DNA from: Pseudomonadota bacterium | Lineage (GTDB): Bacteria; Desulfobacterota; Desulfobacteria; Desulfobacterales; RPRI01 | Direction of reading: 5' to 3' | DNA: 64,000 bases | Assembly: GCA_043825875.1 (NCBI GenBank) | Contig: JBDRRF010000024.1 | Coordinates: 1-64,000, forward strand | Part shown: one piece after another, positions 59,546 through 64,000 of the stretch | Position numbering within the stretch: the stretch's first letter is position 1 | Layout of the letters: every line of letters begins with the position of its first letter | Position numbers and translations under genes: made by a program | The notes under the pieces: model-generated | What the model was told of the DNA's origin: nothing | Database searches by the model: none | Seen by the model: only the letters and a program-made list of their open reading frames with translations

Positions 59546-60673
59546 TCACGCCTCAAGTCCTGCCAGCCAGTCACCTGCACGTAAAATATCTATTCCGGCC
59601 AGATGTTCTTCCTGGTGAAGATGGTGAACAAGCTGGATGCTTTGGGTATTTTTAAACTGACCGGCAAAATAATGCATTGCTCTTGCAGGAGTTTTATCGG
59701 AAAGTTTTACCTCGATTAACTTATGGGGAGCCCCCTCCATGACTATAACAAAATCAATCTCTTTGCCTTCTTTGGTTCTGATATAGTTCAATTCGGCATG
59801 TTTTCCGCGCACATCGTAAAGATAGTGCACATGTTTGAGCAGACATAAAGCGCAAGTATTTTCTAACCTAACACCTTCGTTTCCTCTTACGAAGCCACTG
59901 TCATAGAAATAAACCTTCGGTTCTCGCAGAAGTGAACGTGCAATGTTTTTATGATATGGACGAATAAGGAATATAATATAAAGGCTTTCAAGAACTGAGA
60001 TATATTTTTTGACTGTATTGGGTGAAATTTGAAGGTCTTCTGCAAGCGAGGTATAAGACATGGAGGACCCCACTCTATAGCGCAGTAACTCAACAAGTTC
60101 CTTCATTGCCTTTAGTTCCTGAATCCTGCTAAAGTCAAAAATATCTTCTCTGATCAGGTCGCTATAATACTGATTTCTCCATCGCGAAGCTTCTTCTTCG
60201 GAGTCGGATAAAAAAGGCTCAGGAAAACCTCCAAAACTATTAAGCTTTTCTAATGCATCAAAAGGAGCCAGGTCATTAGATAATTCCTTTACGGAGAATG
60301 GCAGAAGTCGTAAGTGAAGATATCTTCCCGCAAGCGATTCTCCGGCCTGACGATAAGTCTCTAACCTGGAACTTCCTGTTACCAGAATTGTCTGTCCTTC
60401 AGGTCTGGAATCGAAGGTTCCTTTCAAGAAGATTTTCCAATTTTTCATTTTATGTATTTCATCAAAAACAAGAAGTCCTGTATTCAAACGCCATGATCGC
60501 TTAAGGATTATCCGCCGGTCATTTTCGTTGTCATGGTTTAGATACTGTGGAGATGGAAACTCCTTCATTATTTCCTTGGACAAAAATGTCTTCCCTACCT
60601 GGCGGGGGCCGGTTATGATAACCATTTTTTTCTTCAGATCTTTTACGATCTGATCATATAAATACCTTTTCAT
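59546..60673 (-). CDS. COG1373-type ATPase (AAA_14 + DUF4143 nuclease)
   Basis: GPRQVGKT, FDEIH, TGSS, GGFPE, KVYFYDSG, EIDFV...IEVK. Confidence 0.9.
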   Translation of the reverse strand: MKRYLYDQIVKDLKKKMVIITGPRQVGKTFLSKEIMKEFPSPQYLNHDNENDRRIILKRSWRLNTGLLVFDEIHKMKNWKIFLKGTFDSRPEGQTILVTGSSRLETYRQAGESLAGRYLHLRLLPFSVKELSNDLAPFDALEKLNSFGGFPEPFLSDSEEEASRWRNQYYSDLIREDIFDFSRIQELKAMKELVELLRYRVGSSMSYTSLAEDLQISPNTVKKYISVLESLYIIFLIRPYHKNIARSLLREPKVYFYDSGFVRGNEGVRLENTCALCLLKHVHYLYDVRGKHAELNYIRTKEGKEIDFVIVMEGAPHKLIEVKLSDKTPARAMHYFAGQFKNTQSIQLVHHLHQEEHLAGIDILRAGDWLAGLEA

Positions 60674-60676
60674 GGT

Positions 60677-60738
60677 GACTTTTTAGCAGTATTTTGCGGA
60701 AAAGTCAAGACTAATACGCAAAGCCTTGCGGATTAGTC
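60677..60738. promoter_or_regulatory. Two tandem 30-bp inverted repeats over the ATPase promoter
   Basis: GACTTTTTAGCA...TTGCGGAAAAGTC and GACTAATACGCAA...TTGCGGATTAGTC. Confidence 0.7.
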
Positions 60739-60927
60739 GCATATTTATAAGGGTTGTAATTTATAAATAATTTTATTTTATTCTGTTATAATAGGTTGTT
60801 ATCATTTATAGGATTGTGATAATTCTATTCCGATTACATCAATCTGCAATCTGAACATTCCGACAATTAAAATACATACTTATATCCTTGACCGTACAGA
60901 GCTAAAATTATAAATTGAAAAAGGCCT

Positions 60928-62889
60928 ATGGAAAATAACAAACCTCAAATACTTGCTCCTGCGGGAAATAAAGCTTCTTTTCTTGCTGCAATTGCTGCCG
61001 GGGCCGATGCTGTTTACTGCGGGCTTAAAGACTTTTCTGCCCGCATGGAGGCAAAGAATTTTACGATTAGTGAGCTTGCTCCTCTTACAAGACTTGCTCA
61101 TGATAATGGAGTAAAAGTATATGTTGCCATAAATTCTCTTTTAAAACATGAAGATCTTTTACTTGCCGCAAATCTTATAGCGCAGCTATCGAAGCAGGTT
61201 AAGCCCGATGGCCTCATAATACAGGATCTTGCACTTATTGATCTTGCAAAACAAACGGGATTTAAAGGTGAGCTTCATCTTTCTACGCTTTCCAATGTAA
61301 CTTTTCCTGCGGCATTAAAGCTTGTACGCGAAAAGCTTGATATAGACCGGGTTGTCATACCAAGAGAACTTTCTATTGATGAAATTAAATCTCTTGCCGC
61401 AGCTTGCCCTGAAAAGTTATCTCTTGAACTCTTTATACATGGAGCACTTTGCTACGGAATTTCAGGCAGATGTTACTGGAGCAGTTATTTCGGCGGCAAA
61501 AGCGGGCTACGCGGAAGATGTGTGCAGCCATGCCGCAGGATTTATACCCAGAAAGGCAAATCAGGCAGGTTCTTTTCCTGTATTGATCTTAGCCTGGATG
61601 TTTTAGCAAAGGTTTTACTGCAAGTTTCCAAAATAAGCGTATGGAAAATCGAAGGAAGAAAAAAAGGCCCTCACTATGTTTATTATACAGTAAGCGCTTA
61701 TAAAATATTAAGAGATGAGGGACGTGACCCGGTACAGAAAAAAAATGCTCTTGAACTGCTTTCTCTTTCTCTTGGAAGATCCGGCAGCCACTACAATTTT
61801 CTCCCGCAGAGGCCGCATAATCCCGTAAGCGCAAACAATCAGACAGGCTCAGGCCTTCTTATAGGTAAAATTAGCGGGCCTGGGCAAAACCCCTGGCTTT
61901 CGCCTAATGAAGAGCTTTTGCCCGGAGATCTTCTTCGAATTGGTTATGAAGATGAAGCTTCGCACAATATATTGCGCGTGGGCAAATTTGTCCCCAAAAG
62001 AGGGCGCTTATACATAAAACCGGCAGCAGGCAAAAAATCCGCAACGGGATCTTTTGTGTTTCTTACAGACAGACGTGAAAAAGCTCTTGAAGATATGATA
62101 TCCGGGCTTGATAGTAAAATAAAAGAAGTATCTGTGACAAATGAGCCGGAATTATCATTTACCCCAAAATTGCCAAAAAGGTTTAAAGAGAAAAAATCCA
62201 ATTATGAAGTTAATGTTTACAGGGATCATGCGAAATTTAATAAAGGTGTGAAAACCGGTTTATGGTTTAATCCTGAATATGTTAAAGAAAAAAATATTGA
62301 TTACTCCTGTTACTGGTGGCTTCCGCCCGTAGTATGGCCTGATGAAGAAAAACAAGTTAAAGAAAATATTGATTTTTTACTTTCAAATGGCAGTAAAAAT
62401 TTTGTTTTAAATGTTCCCTGGCAGATTGCTTTTTTTAGTGGCATGAAAAATCTTAATATCTGGGCCGGGCCATTTTGCAATATAGCAAATGTTCTTGCAT
62501 TAAAAGCAATACACTCTCTTGGATTTTCAGGCGCAATTGCAAGTCCTGAACTGGGGCGCGATGATTATCTTAATCTGATACAAAACAGTCCGCTTCCGTT
62601 AGGGATGGTTATTTCAGGAAACTGGCCTTTATCTATATCAAGAACGCTTTCCGACCAGGTTCAAACCGATTTTTCATTTATCAGCCCGAAAGGCGAGCAT
62701 GCCTGGGTAAAAAAATACGGCTCAAACTTCTGGGTATATCCAAACTGGAGTATAGATCTGACGGATAAAAAAGAAGAACTTCTTAAGGCCGGATACAGTA
62801 TGTTTGTTAACCTTGTAGAACCATTGCCTGCTGATATAAGAATGAAAAAAAGAGAAGGCAAATGGAACTGGAAAATCGGATTGACTTAG
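60928..62889 (+). CDS. Peptidase U32 family Fe-S protein (RlhA/TrhP-like RNA hydroxylase)
   Basis: ILAPAG, GADAVY, ELFIHGALCYGISGRC...RGRCVQPCR, KIEGR. Confidence 0.88.
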   Translation: MENNKPQILAPAGNKASFLAAIAAGADAVYCGLKDFSARMEAKNFTISELAPLTRLAHDNGVKVYVAINSLLKHEDLLLAANLIAQLSKQVKPDGLIIQDLALIDLAKQTGFKGELHLSTLSNVTFPAALKLVREKLDIDRVVIPRELSIDEIKSLAAACPEKLSLELFIHGALCYGISGRCYWSSYFGGKSGLRGRCVQPCRRIYTQKGKSGRFFSCIDLSLDVLAKVLLQVSKISVWKIEGRKKGPHYVYYTVSAYKILRDEGRDPVQKKNALELLSLSLGRSGSHYNFLPQRPHNPVSANNQTGSGLLIGKISGPGQNPWLSPNEELLPGDLLRIGYEDEASHNILRVGKFVPKRGRLYIKPAAGKKSATGSFVFLTDRREKALEDMISGLDSKIKEVSVTNEPELSFTPKLPKRFKEKKSNYEVNVYRDHAKFNKGVKTGLWFNPEYVKEKNIDYSCYWWLPPVVWPDEEKQVKENIDFLLSNGSKNFVLNVPWQIAFFSGMKNLNIWAGPFCNIANVLALKAIHSLGFSGAIASPELGRDDYLNLIQNSPLPLGMVISGNWPLSISRTLSDQVQTDFSFISPKGEHAWVKKYGSNFWVYPNWSIDLTDKKEELLKAGYSMFVNLVEPLPADIRMKKREGKWNWKIGLT

Positions 62890-62901
62890 CGGGATTGCCG
62901 G

Positions 62902-63309
62902 TTACTTCTTTTCAAGATGTTTTTTAAGCTGATTTTCGAGTTTAGCGAAAAGATTTTTTTGCTTTTCGTTCTGCTCCGCTTTAATGGATGCAACCTTTTG
63001 GTTCAACTCTTTCCGGGAGTCTTGGAATTTTTTTAACTCCTCATCCATACTGCTTGTTTTAATATTTTTAGGAATTTCTTCCAAAGCAAGATGGTTTCTT
63101 AAAAAAACTCTTGTACCGAAAGCACCTTCGACAATTTCTATTACTCCGGTCTCATCAAGTTTTCTGCAAATATAATTGCCCTGCTCAAGAGAAAATGAAA
63201 GGAACTCGCAGATATTGCCTATAGACGGTGAGGCAGAATTACGATGTTCAAGAATCCTGATCGCAGCAACAACAAGATGAGCATCCGAGTAAAGGTCAGT
63301 ATTTTTCAT
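62902..63309 (-). CDS. Hypothetical protein, winged-helix-like with a coiled-coil tail
   Basis: PSIGNICEFL...ICRKLDETGVIEIV; charged C-terminus. Confidence 0.7.
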   Translation of the reverse strand: MKNTDLYSDAHLVVAAIRILEHRNSASPSIGNICEFLSFSLEQGNYICRKLDETGVIEIVEGAFGTRVFLRNHLALEEIPKNIKTSSMDEELKKFQDSRKELNQKVASIKAEQNEKQKNLFAKLENQLKKHLEKK

Positions 63310-63529
63310 AGATAGTAATCTTAAATGGTGTTAATAAAAACTATTACAAACAATTTAAAACCTGTATCTTGACATATAAATGGCGTGAGAGTAACATTTT
63401 TAAATATTTTGTCAAGCACCCACCTTTTTTAAAATATTTTTAAATAAATAATAATGAAATGGCGTTTGAATAAAAACTGTAATATAAGATATCAAAAAAT
63501 ACCGGAAATTATAATTTGGGAATTTATAT

Positions 63530-63781
63530 ATGAAAGATAAAAGAGGCTTGTATTATTATCCTTTTCCTGAAAATCATAAAGTTAGGATGTATGTTAAAAA
63601 GTCAAAGGATGAAATCTGTTTCAGACTCTGGAATAATGATGATGATAAACTATGGGAAGAACACGGCTGGATTCCTTACAGCGCTGTAAAACAGGCGGCT
63701 GCAATCTATGATGGTTCCAAGTTTGACCCCAACGCAGCCTATGATATTGAGATTGCCGGAGCACTTATTGCGGAAAAATAG
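63530..63781 (+). CDS. Hypothetical protein
   Basis: 83-aa ORF upstream of and co-oriented with nadE. Confidence 0.7.
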   Translation: MKDKRGLYYYPFPENHKVRMYVKKSKDEICFRLWNNDDDKLWEEHGWIPYSAVKQAAAIYDGSKFDPNAAYDIEIAGALIAEK

Positions 63782-63801
63782 ACTGTTAGAAAGTAAATAA
63801 T

Positions 63802-64000
63802 ATGAAAATAGCTATAGCACAAATTAATCCTGTAATAGGTGATTTTGAATATAATTGTAACCTTATAAAAAGCTTTGCTGATAAAGCCATAAAACATGAC
63901 TGTGATCTTGTGGTTTTTCCTGAGCTTGCTATTACAGGATACCCCCCCCGCGATCTTCTTGAAAAAAAGGATTTTATTGACGCAAACCTTTCATATCTTT
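63802..64000 (+). CDS. nadE: Glutamine-dependent NAD+ synthetase, 5' part (runs off the window)
   Basis: MKIAIAQINPVIGDF...DLVVFPELAITGYPPRDLL, translated by hand. Confidence 0.88.
   Translation, partial: MKIAIAQINPVIGDFEYNCNLIKSFADKAIKHDCDLVVFPELAITGYPPRDLLEKKDFIDANLSYL

Overview
AT-rich bacterial chromosomal window whose gene content resembles a sulfate-reducing deltaproteobacterium (Desulfobacterales-like; this is inference). The housekeeping backbone comprises ftsY, HU, acylphosphatase, ligA, glyQS, a GHMP kinase, recO, surA, mfd, tRNA-Thr(CGT), ihfA, a sigma54 two-component pair, a heterodimeric ABC exporter, a CDF transporter, yajD, moaE, a U32 protein and a partial nadE. Five accessory features interrupt it. 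(1) An integrase-less, partly decayed integron cassette array (about 10 attC-like sites, 19.5-25.1 kb), one attC of which is split at its GTT crossover by a 108-bp miniature IS-like element. (2) A stand-alone 4-hydroxybenzoyl-CoA-reductase-like molybdoenzyme operon with a sigma54 promoter, palindromic upstream sites and a divergent activator. (3) An MSHA-like type IV pilus locus with a membrane-anchored one-component sigma54 activator, with a toxin-antitoxin pair and a COG1373 ATPase-nuclease between the major and minor pilins. (4) An AbiE pair plus a second COG1373 gene. (5) A dispersed 143-bp hairpin MITE family (5 full copies, 2 fragments) with target duplications and compensatory base changes. 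All calls come from reading motifs by eye; no searches were run.
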